From the NCBI GenBank assembly GCA_020137815.1, contig CM035357.1:3844001-3908000 (forward strand): a stretch of DNA of 64,000 nucleotides, given 5' to 3'. Source of the stretch: Hormiphora californensis (lineage: Eukaryota > Animalia > Ctenophora). Shown in pieces: positions 1 to 13,530 of the stretch; within the stretch, counting starts at the first letter, position 1; every line of letters starts with the position of its first letter. The position numbers and the translations under genes are program-made. The notes below the pieces were generated by a model, which was given only the letters and a program-made list of their open reading frames with translations, did not search any database and was not told the DNA's origin.

Positions 1-1230
1 GGAAGCTTCTAATCCAGTCTAGGAGGTCTCCCCGGATGCCATATCCTGATAGTTTTTCTCTAGAAGGGTGAGATGCATACTTTATCGAATGCTTTCGAAT
101 AGTCAAGATAGAGCACATCTGCATTCTTCCCATTCTCTAAATCATCGATTACGTCCTCAATGTGCTGGATCAGATGTGATAGACAAGATCTGTTACTCCT
201 AAAGCCATGCTGGTCCGGCGAGAGGAGGTTGTTCTCCTCCACAAAGTTAACCATCTGCTTCCGGATGACTCTCTCTAGGACCTTAACAAGTTGGCTTGTC
301 AAGCTAACCGGTCTGTAGTTCGCGGGAGAGCTCTTATTATCCTTCTTGTAAATTGGGACTATTGACTGCTGTTTAAAAATAGACGCAATGTCCCCAGTCT
401 GTATGGACGCCTGCCACAGCTCCGCCATTACTGGCGCTAAGGCTCTATTGCACTTTTTCAGCATTATTGCTGGGAACTTGTCTGGGCCCGGTGCGGTGTG
501 GGGAGACAGTTCTTTGATTGCTTCAACGACTGTGTCAGTAGTGATAGTCACACCACTCATAACAGGGGATCCTGGTGGTCCCTGCTCATTAACTGGCCCT
601 TCGATAGGTTCACTAAACACCTTCTGGTACTGGTCTTGGAGGAGGTTGGCCATGATGGCGGGGTCGGCATGTAGTTCACCATTTTGGTCTTTAAGAGGAC
701 CAATTCCTGACTTAGATGCCTTGTTCTTCTTTGCGTAGGTGTAGAAAGCTTTTGGATTCACTTTGATCTTTCCCAGGATTTTTCTTTCCTCCCGCAGTCT
801 GTCTTCGTGGATGTTAGATGCCATGTTTAATTCAATTCGTGAAAGTGCAGTGTACAGTTCCTCAATCCTCTTACACTGTATCGGGCACTCTTTCTCTTTT
901 TTCTTGGCACCTTTTAGTTTACGTACAAGTGCTCTTTTCTTCACAAGAAGCTTTCTCCGGTGCTTTGGGATCTTCTGAACACGTCTCTTTCGAGAGCCAC
1001 TGTGTTGGGGTACGAATTGGGCACATACTTTTGCAATGGACGATCTGAATTTCTCCCAGGCTTCGTTTTGGTCTTTTGCAGAGGTCACATCAGTCCAATC
1101 TATTTTGTGAAGTGCAATGTTGAGCTCTTCCCATGTCTCCTGGGTAACCTTGTTGAAGTTAAAGTTGTCAAACTCTGACTGCGGTTCGTAGAGTTTGGGC
1201 TCCTCGCTCTCTCGAGAGAGAGAGATGTTG
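1..1230 (-). mobile_element. 5'-truncated, frameshifted non-LTR retrotransposon (CR1/L2-like LINE) reverse transcriptase fragment; continues beyond window start
   Basis: ORF 60..1280 has RT-proximal motifs APGPD, NYRPVSLTS..KVLERVI, QHGFRSNRSC and DVLYLDYSKAFDKV. After frameshifts the minus strand continues ..EKLSGYGIRGDLLDWIRSF. No endonuclease domain is visible upstream. Confidence 0.92.
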
Positions 1231-2608
1231 GTTGGATGGCATAACGGCCATAACGAGCAAATTGTCGCAGATTCTGCCACCCGGTATTGGGTTGAGAACC
1301 ATTTCCTCGCAGATAGTTTAGTAGTTTTGGGGTTCCAAGAAGGCGGAAAAAATTGACAAACGTTCTGATTTAGTTATCTAGAAGAATTTAGTTTTCTAGT
1401 AGCCTCTCAAACTTTCAGGCATCAGGGATATTTTTGGCTGTTCCCTGACTATTACCCTCAAATCTCAGTGAATTGCCATCACTGAGCACGACTGTTTTCC
1501 CCCATTACTGAGCCTTGAGATCTGAGGTCTATAAGTGGTAAATAGCCATGACCCGAACCTGAGATTCGGGCAAAACTGTTTTTCCCATATCACTCCTTCA
1601 AATTATGGACGACAGATCTTCTATCATGAGGCTGGGAATGGAAATATGTATAGTCTGAGGATTCTTGAGATCGGTGAGAGCGATGATGAATAACATGTTT
1701 TACTTTACTTGTTAGCGGGCTTGTATTAATAACTAGCTAGAGCTATAGGACATTATAATGCAAATTAGTTCAAAAACAAACGTTTGGAATAATTATGGCA
1801 TTACAATAACTATATTATAGGCCGTGATTGAAGAAAGCGGTCAAGAAGACTCCAAGACGCAAACTAAAGGCACTGAGTGCTCTCTCAGTTTACATCCGTT
1901 AACATCTTGAGGGAAGTTTTAAAAACACGGGTAAAGAATGACGGAGCGGCGATAGAGAAAGGAACTTGATGAAACCTCATAAGTACACAATTAGGCACTG
2001 ATTTCTAGTAGCAGCTGAGATCACGCTGGGGACAGGGACTGGGAGTTGAAGGACTGGGGCTAAGGACTGGTCGAGCATTAATTTTGTTAATCACTTGTTA
2101 TGGAATATTGAATGATATTTTCAGATATCCTCGGTATAGACATAACCGGCAAAATGAAAGATCCCCGGGTCACTTTTTACGCGGTTTAGGCTTGTTTTGT
2201 TCAACAAGGCAAGTTTAGGCTTATCCGTAATGCGCGAAACCATTTTCGATGGGGGAAAACCTGGTTTTTTTTTCTGGGATCCGTAATCCACTGCACCTAA
2301 GGGGTGTTACTCAACACGTTTGATCGGCGACATTTTGAGTGAGTTATTATACCCATTACCCGGGATGAATATTTGTAACTGATTCACTTCTCATAACTCA
2401 AAGTTGCCTAATTTATAATAGAAGCGGCTAATTGTTTAATTTTAGGCCCAATTAAGTAAAAAACACAGTTATTAATTTGCATCAAAAGAAAAACAAGTTA
2501 CAGCACACTATCAGCGGAACAGATATCATTTTATCAATAAAATTCAGTCCAAAAACTACACACATGTTAAGTTAACATGTTAACAGCATGTCACATGTTA
2601 GGATCACT

Positions 2609-4029
2609 CTAACAGCTTGGTTTCTTGTAAGACTTCTTACACTGCTTATACGGGAACATCATGTTCCCAAATGCCTTGTAGGTCTTCTTCTCGATCGTAA
2701 TCTGGTTATCCTCATCCAGGAGTCCGTTGATGAACTTGAAGATCTTGGCGAGACTCATCTTCCTGTTGGGCATCTTCTTGAATAGCTGGGTGGTACAACA
2801 GGTGTTGAAGGACTCGTTCAACTCCTCCACACACTCATCCCGTCCACACCACCAGGCCTCGGGGAGATCAGTGATCTTAACCAGGAAGTAATTGATCCAA
2901 TCTTCCGTGGATTTGGCCTTGTAGCTGCTAATGTCCTCAATGAAATCGTAGATGGCATCAGACATGTGACGCATGTGGCTGCACGTGTCGTTGCTGTTAG
3001 CCATGGAGTTATCCAACATCTCGATGACATCAAGGAGGGCCTCGGTGAGATCTCCATCACAGTCGTCAGAGCAGAACCCAGCTAGGACGTTCTTTCCAAC
3101 TTTCTCCAGTCCCTCCAGGTACAAGCTCTTCATACCCTTTCGGAAGGATTTCAAGTCATCCTTGTCAACCATCTGTCCGTCGTACTTCTCAGCGCACTTT
3201 CGGACTCCCCAGAAGAGCTTGTCCCTGCACTCACACACGTCAGACCTGTACGGTTCCAGGAACCTGAAGACATGCCCGAGGAGCTCTCGGAGAGACTTGG
3301 ATGACCTGACTCCCATCATCATCTCAACTCCCATATCCCTACCAGCATACTTGAAGATGTTACAAAGGAAGTCCTGGCACTGTTTTCCCTCCATGTTATA
3401 GAAGATGTTCCTGCAGTTGCACCCGAACACAGGGGCAGCATCACTGACACACTTTCCCCCACAGATGTTCTCGTTACTTCCAAAGTAGTCCATGATCTCT
3501 TTGACTTCTCGTCGCCATGACCACGGTGTGGTTGTCATGTTCAGGACATCCTCCCACATGTCGTCATCCTCGAGGTCCTCAAAGAACGGTCCAATCACAT
3601 GCTTTTGGAGTAGGTCGAAGAGATTGGTTCGGGTGTTGGATCCGGAGGAGACGACCCAGCTCTTTTCCTCAGTCTCTAGGCCTGATTTTAGTCCCTGTGG
3701 GGAATGAAGGAGGGGGTTAGTTTGAGACAATGAGACACATCTTATTAGGTGATGGGACCTCGTCACTAAAATCGCTCCACGCGGTCACAGCTCCTAATCA
3801 GACTAAATCCTAACTATATTTCTATGCTTTTTACATCTGAAGTCATAATTACACTAATCATTACTAATTACAAACTAATTAATCACTAATTATTATAAAC
3901 TAATTAACGGTTAATTACATGGACATGGGATTCATCTTCGTTAATCTGGTTCCACTTGTTCACCACATCTTGGGCGGACATGGACAGAGCCACGCCGAGA
4001 AGCAGAGAAAACACAACACACGACCTCAT
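2609..4029 (-). CDS. Secreted cysteine-rich protein of unknown family (~398 aa, 2 coding exons: 4029-3919, 3694-2609)
   Basis: Exon 1 MRSCVVFSLLLGVALSMSAQD.. is signal-peptide-like and ends at a phase-0 GTAATT donor. Acceptor CCCCACAG at 3695 joins in phase to the long ORF (GLKSGLETEEK..), which has >20 Cys. Confidence 0.8.
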
Positions 4030-4720
4030 GATGATGATAAAAAGTGAGCTGGTGGTGGGAGTTGGGGCTGTTTAAGAGGGGGACCTGGAGGACAATGGAA
4101 GGTATTGTGTGTCTTGGGGACATTGTCTATAGTATAGTCTAGTTGGGGCGGGCATTGTCTTTGTAGCGCACTTCCGTGAGGCAGCAGGGAAGTGTTGTTA
4201 CTCTTTTCAAGAGAGGGAGGTGGCTTGTGTGAAGTGTTGTTACTTTTCAAGTGGGAGGTGGCTTGTGGGAGGGGGGGGGGGACAAAGAGAAATAATAGCT
4301 CATGAAAATGGTGCACACAATAGCTACTCTGAATGCCGTATGTGACCGCTATTCACTGTGCCACGTAGTTTGACTTGCTCAATGCTCATACTGAACACGT
4401 TTTAGTCCTAGACAGTAGACAGTAGAATAATGACGCTGCGGGGCGGGAGGGGAGGGGGGCAAGTTGCTTTGTTTTGTTTTATGTGGTGATGTTATAGTAG
4501 CCCGAGCCGGACAAAAGTAATGAAGTTATTAAATGACCTACTCTCCGCAGGTACCACACGTACAATACCTTCACTGACGTGAACTCAAATTGGAATACAC
4601 ACCCGACTTACAAGGTTGCTTGTATATGTAGTGAGAAAACAGTTTTCATAAAAACTGTTTAGATGAAATACGGTAAGAAGACGTGTAATAGTGACCAATC
4701 AGAGCGCCATATTGACAACA

Positions 4721-5623
4721 TGTCTGGTGTGTCCGGCATTGTGCATAATGCCATCGAGCCCTTTCCGGGCGCTGGCCAGCGCTATAATTTGTCACGTGAC
4801 TTCCCCCCTCCACTTTGAAAATAAATCCTACACCCCTGCTTTTAGCAGTACGCCAAAATGCCGTATTATACCGCGTGCTCCACCACTGGAGTTGATCCTT
4901 GCTATAGGACGGTGAAGGACAGGGTTCTATTGCAATAGTCCTTCAAGCCATGTCCTTCAAGCTGTACTTCACTGTCTTTCACTATCCTTCACTATCCTTC
5001 ACTGTCCTTCATTATCCTTCACTGTCATTCCCTGTCATTCAAGCTGCCTTTCAATATCATGCACTGTCCTTGGAGCTGTCCTTCGCTGTCCTTCAAGCTG
5101 TCCCTGTCTGTATGGCATTCTGTGGCATTCTATATTGTTGAAAATATAGCCCCACTGCAATTAGGGCCAGGTGTCTGGTGTGTCCGGCATTGTGCATAAT
5201 GCCATCGAGCCCTTTCCGGGCGCTGGCCAGCGCTATAATTTGTCACGTGACTTCCCCCCTCCACTTTGAAAATAAATCCTACACCCCTGCTTTAGCAGTA
5301 CGCCCAAAATGCCGTATTATACCGCGTGCTCCCCACCACTGGAGTTGATCCTTGCTATAGGACGGTGAAGGACAGGGTTCTATTGCAATAGTCCTTCAAG
5401 CCATGTCCTTCAAGCTGTACTTCACTGTCTTTCACTATCCTTCACTATCCTTCACTGTCCTTCATTATCCTTCACTGTCATTCCCTGTCATTCAAGCTGC
5501 CTTTCAATATCATGCACTGTCCTTGGAGCTGTCCTTCGCTGTCCTTCAAGCTGTCCCTGTCTGTATGGCATTCTGTGGCATTCTATATTGTTGAAAATAT
5601 AGCCCCACTGCAATTAGGGCCAG
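4721..5623. repeat. Near-identical ~452-bp tandem duplication (4721-5171, 5172-5623)
   Basis: Direct sequence comparison; both copies give the same spurious 63-aa ORF (4950, 5403). Confidence 0.95.
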
Positions 5624-6309
5624 GGTGTTTCACCCCGATTATTTTGAAACTGTGCAGTCTTGTTGAGTAAGAGTGCAGTCTGCATGCAGAGCTAAAATTG
5701 CTGCTGCAGTCGTTTTTGAAAGATACTTCTTGTCATTGTTACATTTACACAGATGCTTGCTACATTTTGGAAAGCATCAACAAGCCAACCACATGCCCAT
5801 CACTCTCTCCTTCTGATCTGTCTCTATCTTTCCTCTCGCTTGCCTTCTATCTTTCTCTCTCCTTCCCCCTCTCTCTTTCTCCCCTTTATCTATCTCTCTC
5901 ACACAATCTATGAGATCAGCTATTTGCTGCTTTGAGCGAGAGACCGATTTTCAGTCGAATATGTCTTTGTGAAATTGTGCCACCTTGAGAGGTTTAACAC
6001 GACAGCTTCAGCACATGTCTCACTCCAATTTTCTATATCATTCTTTCTGTCCCTCTGTCTCACTGTCTCAGAGACAGAGCCTCTCGTGTCCATCTGGTTC
6101 TCGGTCTTCCGACATGGAAGGGACAGTGAGAGGGGCTCCTCTGTCCCTTCCATGTCTGTCTCTGTATTTTAGAAGTTCTCTCTCATCTCTTTCACCCCCT
6201 CCCTCGGAGAGAGATCGTATTAGATTTACTGCGAGGATTTGGTTGTCATAGAAACATTGTAAGTGTGTTCCTACAATGCAAATCATATGTCCCCGAATGC
6301 CCCCTCCTC

Positions 6310-6407
<98 letters not shown>

Positions 6408-6934
6408 TTTTAACCGAGACAATTGCTTTTTGAACGCTATTACAAGCTGTTTGCCGACTAGTCGAATATGTCTTGTGTGAGTTTGTCAGAGAGAATGAGG
6501 GAGAAGAATCAAAGCTTTGCAAAGAAAGAGAGAGATAGAAATTAGATAAAGAGAGCTAGAGAGACTCTCTCTAGAGAGACATATCAAGACTGCGAGAGAG
6601 ATAAAGTTGGACTTGCCAATATAGTGTCTTGTTACAAATATCATATTCCGCTGTGTGTGTGTAACTAGGAATATATTATTCGTCATTCTGGGATATATAA
6701 TTCAGGACAACATGAGAGGTTCCCTGATTTTCCTGCTGACCATCCTGCTTGTGGTATCAATCCTTCCAGACAGCTGACAGACCTTCCTTAAATCTTCTTG
6801 AGCCTTCTTTTTGTCTTTCAAATTAAATGTTTGACGACATCCCGGCCTGTTGCATTTCATTTAAATTTTATTTTACTCCAGCATGTAGGGCCAATTTTCT
6901 CTCCAGCTGTCAGAGCATCGACAGACCTGATAAC

Positions 6935-9900
6935 ATGGTGCATTTGGCGGTGTTCAGGCCAGCATCAGCCACCCGATCCTCATCAGCCCGTTCTAGCACG
7001 TGTCCCAGCACGTGCAGTAGCAACAGAACTCAGATTACACGTGTATACGAAGAGGTGAGAGCTTCTGAAGTAGGTAGGGGTAAAATGTGGGTTTGAAATT
7101 AAGGGATTTTGTTCCATCATAATTTCATAAATAATTTGCCAGTGCGAGTTCTCCATCCTGCAAGCTTCTTGGAATGAGACTTGGGAACCTTTAATTTAAC
7201 ATTTTGGCCTAATTACTAATCACTATAATTACCCCACTACTCAGGACAGATCACGTGGCTCATCGCAGTGCATACAAGACCCCTTATCGCACCACTTCTG
7301 GAAGAGAGCGGAGCAGAGAAACAAAGCCAGGGACAAACAAAGCGTCTTCGATAGACTCTCACGACCTAAGTACAGTTGGACCCCGATTTACCGGGATGCT
7401 CGGGGGAAGGGTTTTGCCCAGTAAATTTAATCGGGGTCCAACTCTAATCCAAGTTTTTGGTGGTGATCATGGTGCGTGTATTTGACACAAAATCTCTAAG
7501 CTCTCTCTCTCTCCTCTCTTTGTTCCAAATCCATATTTTACAATTCTTGCAGGACATGCCCGGCTGAGTTGACCAAGAAAAGGGCGGAAGTTGCCCGGTC
7601 ATCACTCTCCCTCTCACCACGGAGTAGAGAATTCCAAAGGAGCCTAAATTATTGTCCCAGCTCTAGGTCGGGGCTTGAGGTCGGCCAAAATGCGTGGGTA
7701 CAAAATGGTTCATCAATAAATAATGGTAATTCTGCTTTTTGAGATGTTCAGAATCCTAGGGACTCAGTGTGTGTGTGTTTGGGTGGCAATGTAGTATTTT
7801 TCTACGCATATGCGATGTCGGTGTATTTGTATGTTGTTACCTAGCAACCACATATGGTAACCACCCCCCTCCCGTCCCAGGTGGCACCCCTCCTGCTGCA
7901 GCAGTGACCCAGCAAAGACCGAGTTTGCTGATCTCACGACCTGACTCAGCAGCACCCACTTTTAACCACACTGAGGATAAAACACGATTATCTCCAGATA
8001 ACCAGAAATCTTCGCACGCCAAGGTAACTGCACTGTCTGGCGCCGAACCGATCTAAGCGCACTGTTGAGAATCAAAACAGGGCCTGTCAACGTACCAGAC
8101 AGTGTAACCAGGAAAAGGGAGCCGCGTATACGATATATATATCGTATAGCTGCATGTTCGGGCATTTGATCCAATCCCATGACTCAATCTCAATCCTTAT
8201 CAATCTCATTAAATATCACATTACAATTAAAATTAATTGTCACAGTGCATTGGCGTGACCCTATTCGGCATTCGCGCGAGAACCGCGGTCAGAGAATATT
8301 CATATTGGCCTGCCAAATTGGTACCCATGGTAATATTTGTACTGCAGCAGGTTCCCAACAAAAGGACAAAGAGATGTCAGAGTGCCCCAGCAGCCTCATT
8401 AGCCTCCTCTCAAGTTGTCCGACCCTGCAGTCCATATCATCTGAAGTGCTTGCAGGATCTACAATTTTATAGTCAAGTAAGTTTAAACCCCTTCCAATGG
8501 AACGATGGGTTAAAAGAACACCCCCGCCTACTTATGCCAATTTTTACCCCATATAGACCACTTTATAAAGTAGTTATAAAGTGACCATTAATTGACAATA
8601 AAGCTTTATTGTCAATTAATGGTCACTTTATAACTATTAACTACTTTATGTCAAATTGTTATAAATTATGACCTCTTAATTTACCACTACATTTGCCAGC
8701 TACCCGAAGCACGAGTTTACATAGGCAACGAGGAAGAGGCACGGACTATGGTTCGGGAGAAAGTGAAGACAAGTCGGGAGGTCTTGGTGGCAGTTCTAAA
8801 TAGCCCCAAGATAGTACCAGAACTCTTCCAACGGGGACTTTTTAGTCAGGTAATGGTTCATGTGTTGATTGGACAAGTTAGACTCGCTGGATATTATTGG
8901 TTTCTTCCAATAATATCCAGCGAGTCTATCTTGTCCAATCAACACATGAACTATTATCTATCATGAGACTCAATAATTTAGTCAAGCAATACGTTATTTA
9001 TTTTTACTCAGGAGGAGGTGTTGAAAGTCTTGGATCTCCCTACAAAACAGTCCCAAAATAGGAAAGTGATTAATATTCTGGTGACGAAACCTCCCTACAT
9101 AGCTCACTCAATACTTCAGGTTTGTTTGTTTAACCGGGAGTTTTTTCCCGCTTTGGAGTTACTTTGGAAAACAATTTGTACTACAAATCAAAGCTGTGCA
9201 GTTTGACTCTGAGTCATCAAATCCCATTCCATCCTGTCAGGCCAATGCTCTGACCGCGGTTCTCAATTAGGGTCAGGTCTGACAGATTCCATCCTAGGTT
9301 ATTCGGGTAAGACAGGCCATCTTCAGAGACCTGCTAGAGGTGAAAGGGATGGACGAGTTTATAACCCGGTTGGAATTAGAAAAGTATGGGGAGAAGGCAT
9401 GCGAGGCTCTGAAACACCTTTCTGATTCCCATCCAACGGGTAATTGTTTATTACACGGATTTAAATTGTATGATAGACACTGCTTAACTTTACCAATTGC
9501 TTTACCAATTTTCTTTACCAACTTAGGTTGTTCCCTATGGATTTCCAGGTCTTCGATCGATCCTGTCCAATATTTTCTGTTTCATTTCTAGGTATTCGAT
9601 CCTGTCCAATATGTCTGAAAGAAATGAAAAGAAGAAGAAAGACCAGTGAGAGGACACTGGTACAGAAAACTAACCAGCAGCAACAGTCACTCAGTCCAAA
9701 CAAAATACCAAAACCAACCTCCCGACCACTCTCAGAGTAAGTTATTTCAGGAAAATATTTTGCCTGTCATATTTATAAAATTTGATTCCCACGATAACCA
9801 CCCACGATAACCACCCCCAGTCATAAGATTTGATTCCCATGGTAACCACCGGCCCTGTCACCTAGTAACCACCACCTTCCTACTTTTTAAGTAGGAGCGG

Positions 9901-10327
9901 AGGTCTTCCACCCCTGGCCCTCTACTTCCTTCAGCTGTCATGACATCATGTGATTCACATATTCCCACCCACCCGGCCCAGATTTTCCCATCTGTAACTA
10001 CTACTGCACTACTACAGCATATAGCCTGTATCATACAATTTTATTCTCACGGAAACCATCTTCCCCCCCCCCTTCCCTGTCCCATCTTCACCCCCGTCAG
10101 TGTCATACCTCGCGGTAACCACCATTTCTATCTACCTCTGTCAATGACATCACCATCTTCCTCCCACCTGCAGATCCGAGAAGCGGCGTTTGATAAACAA
10201 CTTGTGGACGATTAGGGAGATCCAAGTGCTGCCCCCTGCTGCTGCTACAGAGTCTGAAGACGAGCCTTGGCTGAGCGTGCTACGGGCTGAACCTTCAATC
10301 ATTGGGAACATATATTCATACACATGA
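6935..10327 (+). CDS. Multi-exon protein with central CARD/death-fold-like domain (10 coding exons)
   Basis: Phase-compatible exons run open from ATG 6935 to TGA 10325-10327. Exons 8700-8849 and 9012-9119 encode KTSREVLVAVLNSPKIVPELFQRGLFSQEEVLKVLDLPTKQSQNRKVINILVTKPPYIAHSILQ, which follows the CARD helix pattern (R..LV..L....I...L...G.F..EE...V....T......K.I.IL..K). Confidence 0.7.
7371..7446. mobile_element. Short Tc1/mariner-like MITE (TA-CAGTTGGACCCCGATTT...AATCGGGGTCCAACT-TA); relatives at ~44246-44390 and ~61945-62010
   Basis: Terminal inverted repeats with TA flanks; related copies elsewhere in the window. Confidence 0.65.
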
Positions 10328-10627
10328 TGATTGAGACTTGAAGATTATGAAGATCAGCCACCCTGAAAGATAGAGAGGGACTGAGAAGTGAGAGAGTTTA
10401 CCGAAAGGCAAAAGTGTTGACCCGGCCCGGTTCTAACACAATAAAGATGCAATTCAAACGGAAGACTCTTTATAAATCCGTTGTATTAATTGATTAGGGT
10501 CCTGACGAAAACTAAAAACCATAGTACCTTTATTCATAAGTATATGGTGTAAGTTATTAACTTGAAATGTTGATTGTTTACAATTTTAATTTTTAGGTAG
10601 CAAAGAAATAACGTTTATCAGACTCAA

Positions 10628-13530
10628 TGACAGGGTGGGACAAGACAGACAGTGACAGGTTGGATAAAGACAGACAGTAACAAACAGAGACATGTTGGGA
10701 CAAGACAGACACTGACAAACAGTGACAGGGTGGGACAAGACAGACAGAGACAAACAGTGACAGGGTGGGACAAGACAGACAAAGACAGACAATGACAAGG
10801 TGGGACAAGACAGACACTGAAAAACAATGACAGGGTGGGACAAGACAGACACTGACAGACAGAGACAGGGTGGGACAAGACAGACAGTGACATGTTGGGA
10901 CAAGACAGACAGTGACAGGTTGGGACAAGACAGACAGTGACATGTTGGGACAAGACAGACAGAGACAGGGTAGGACAAGACAGACAGAGACAAACATTGA
11001 CAGGGTGAGACAAGAAAGACAGAGACAAACAATGACAGGTTGGGACAAGACAAACAATGAAAGGTTGGGACAAGACAGACACTGACAAACAATGACAGGT
11101 TGGGACAAGACAGACAGTGACAGGTTGGGACAAGACAGACACTGACAAACAGTGACAGGGTGGGACAAGACAGACAGAGACAAACAATGACAGGGTGGGA
11201 CAAGACAGACACTGACAAACAGTGACAGGGTGAGACAAGAAAGACAGAGACAAACAGTGACAGGGTGGGACAAGACAGACACTGACAAACAATGACAGGG
11301 TGGGACAAGACAGACACTGACAGACAGAGACAGGGTGGGACAAGACAGGCAGTGACAAACAGGGACAGGTTGGGACAAGACAAACAATGACAGGGTGGGA
11401 CAAGACAGACACTGACAAACAATGACAGGGTGGGACAAGACAGACAGAGACAAACAATGACAGGTGGAGACAAGACAGACACTGACAAACAGTGAAAGGG
11501 TGGGACAAGACAGACAGAGACAAACAATGACAGGTGGAGACAAGACAGACAGAGACAAACAATGAAAGGGTGGGACAAGACAGACAGAGACAAACAATGA
11601 CAGGTGGAGACAAGACAGACACTGACAAACAGTGAAAGGGTGGGACAAGACAGACAGAGACAAACAGGGACAGGGTGAGACAAGAAAGACAGAGACAAAC
11701 AGGGACAGGTTGGGACAAGACAGACACTGACAAACAATGACAGGGTGGGACAAGACAGACACTGACAAACAGTGACAGGGTGGGACAAGAAAGACAGAGA
11801 CAAACAGGGACAGGTTGGGACAAGACAGACACTGACAAACAATGACAGGGTGGGACAAGACAGACACTGACAAACAATGACAGGGTGGGACAAGACAGAC
11901 ACTGACAGACAGAGACAGGGTGGGACAAGACAGGCAGTGACAAACAGGGACAGGTTGGGACAAGACAGACACTGACAAACAGTGAAAGGGTGGGACAAGA
12001 CAGACAGAGACAGGGTGGGACAAGACAGACACTGACAAACAGTGAAAGGGTGGGACAAGACAGACAGTGACAGGTTGGATAAAGACAGACAGTAACAAAC
12101 AGAGACATGTTGGGACAAGACAGACACTGACAAACAGTGACAGGGTGGGACAAGACAGACAGAGACAAACAGTGACAGGGTGGGACAAGACAGACAAAGA
12201 CAGACAATGACAAGGTGGGACAAGACAGACACTGAAAAACAATGACAGGGTGGGACAAGACAGACACTGACAGACAGAGACAGGGTGGGACAAGACAGAC
12301 AGTGACATGTTGGGACAAGACAGACAGTGACAGGTTGGGACAAGACAGACAGTGACATGTTGGGACAAGACAGACAGAGACAGGGTAGGACAAGACAGAC
12401 AGAGACAAACATTGACAGGGTGAGACAAGACAGACAGTGACAGGTTGGGACAAGACAGACACTGACAAACAGTGACAGGTTGGGACAAGACAGACAGAGA
12501 CAAACAATGACAGGTGGAGACAAGACAGACAGAGACAGGGTGGGACAAGACAGACATTGACAAACAGTGACAGGTTGGGACAAGACAGACACTGACAAAC
12601 AGTGAAAGGGTGGGACAAGACAGACAGAGACAAACAATGACAGGTGGAGACAAGACAGACAGAGACAGGGTGGGACAAGACAGACAGAGACAGGGTGGGA
12701 CAAGACAGACACTGACAAACAGTGAAAGGGTGGGACAAGACAGACAGAGACAAACAGTGACATGTTGAGACAAGACAGACAGAGACAAACAATGACAGGT
12801 TGGGACAAGACAGACAGAGACAGGTTGGGACAAGACAGACACTGACAAACAGTGACAGGGTGGGACAAGACAGACACTGAAAAACTGTGACAGGGTGGGA
12901 CAAGACAGACACTGACAAACAGTGAAAGGGTGGGACAAGACAGACAGAGACAAACAATGACAGGTGGAGACAAGACAGACAGAGACAAACAGTGACAGGG
13001 TGGGACAAGACAGACACTGACAAACAGTGACAGGGTGGGACAAGACAGACACTGACAAACAGGGACAGGGTGGGACAAGACAGACACTGACAAACAGTGA
13101 CAGGGTGGGACAAGACAGACACTGACAAACAGTGACAGGGTGGGACAAGACAGACACTGACAAACAGTGACAGGTTGGGACAAGACAGACACTGACAAAC
13201 AGGGACAGGGTGGGACAAGACAGATACTGACAAACAGTGACAGGGTGGGACAAGACAGACAGAGACAGACAGAGACAGGGTGGGACAAGACAGACACTGA
13301 AAAACAGGGACAGGGTGGGACAAGACAAACAATGACAGGGTGGGACAAGACAGACACTGACAAACAGTAACAGGGTGGGACAAGACAGACACTGGCAAAC
13401 AGGGACAGGTTGGGACAAGACAGACAGAGTCAGGGTGGGACAAGACAGACACTGACAAACAGTGACAGGGTGGGACAAGACAGACAGAGATATTTTGGGA
13501 CAAGACAGGCAGTGACAAAATGACAAGACA
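10628..13530. repeat. Complex minisatellite of 25/35-bp units (GACAGGGTGGGACAAGACAGAC[ACTGACAAAC]AGT)
   Basis: Visible tandem array. Rare variant block GGATAAAGACAGACAGTAAC occurs at 10662 and 12077, indicating a higher-order duplication. Confidence 0.97.

Noticed and set aside
6712-6777. Signal peptide MRGSLIFLLTILLV for the CARD-like gene
   Set aside because: Splicing from its donor enters the next exon in a frame different from the continuous downstream ORF; more likely 5' UTR/uORF.
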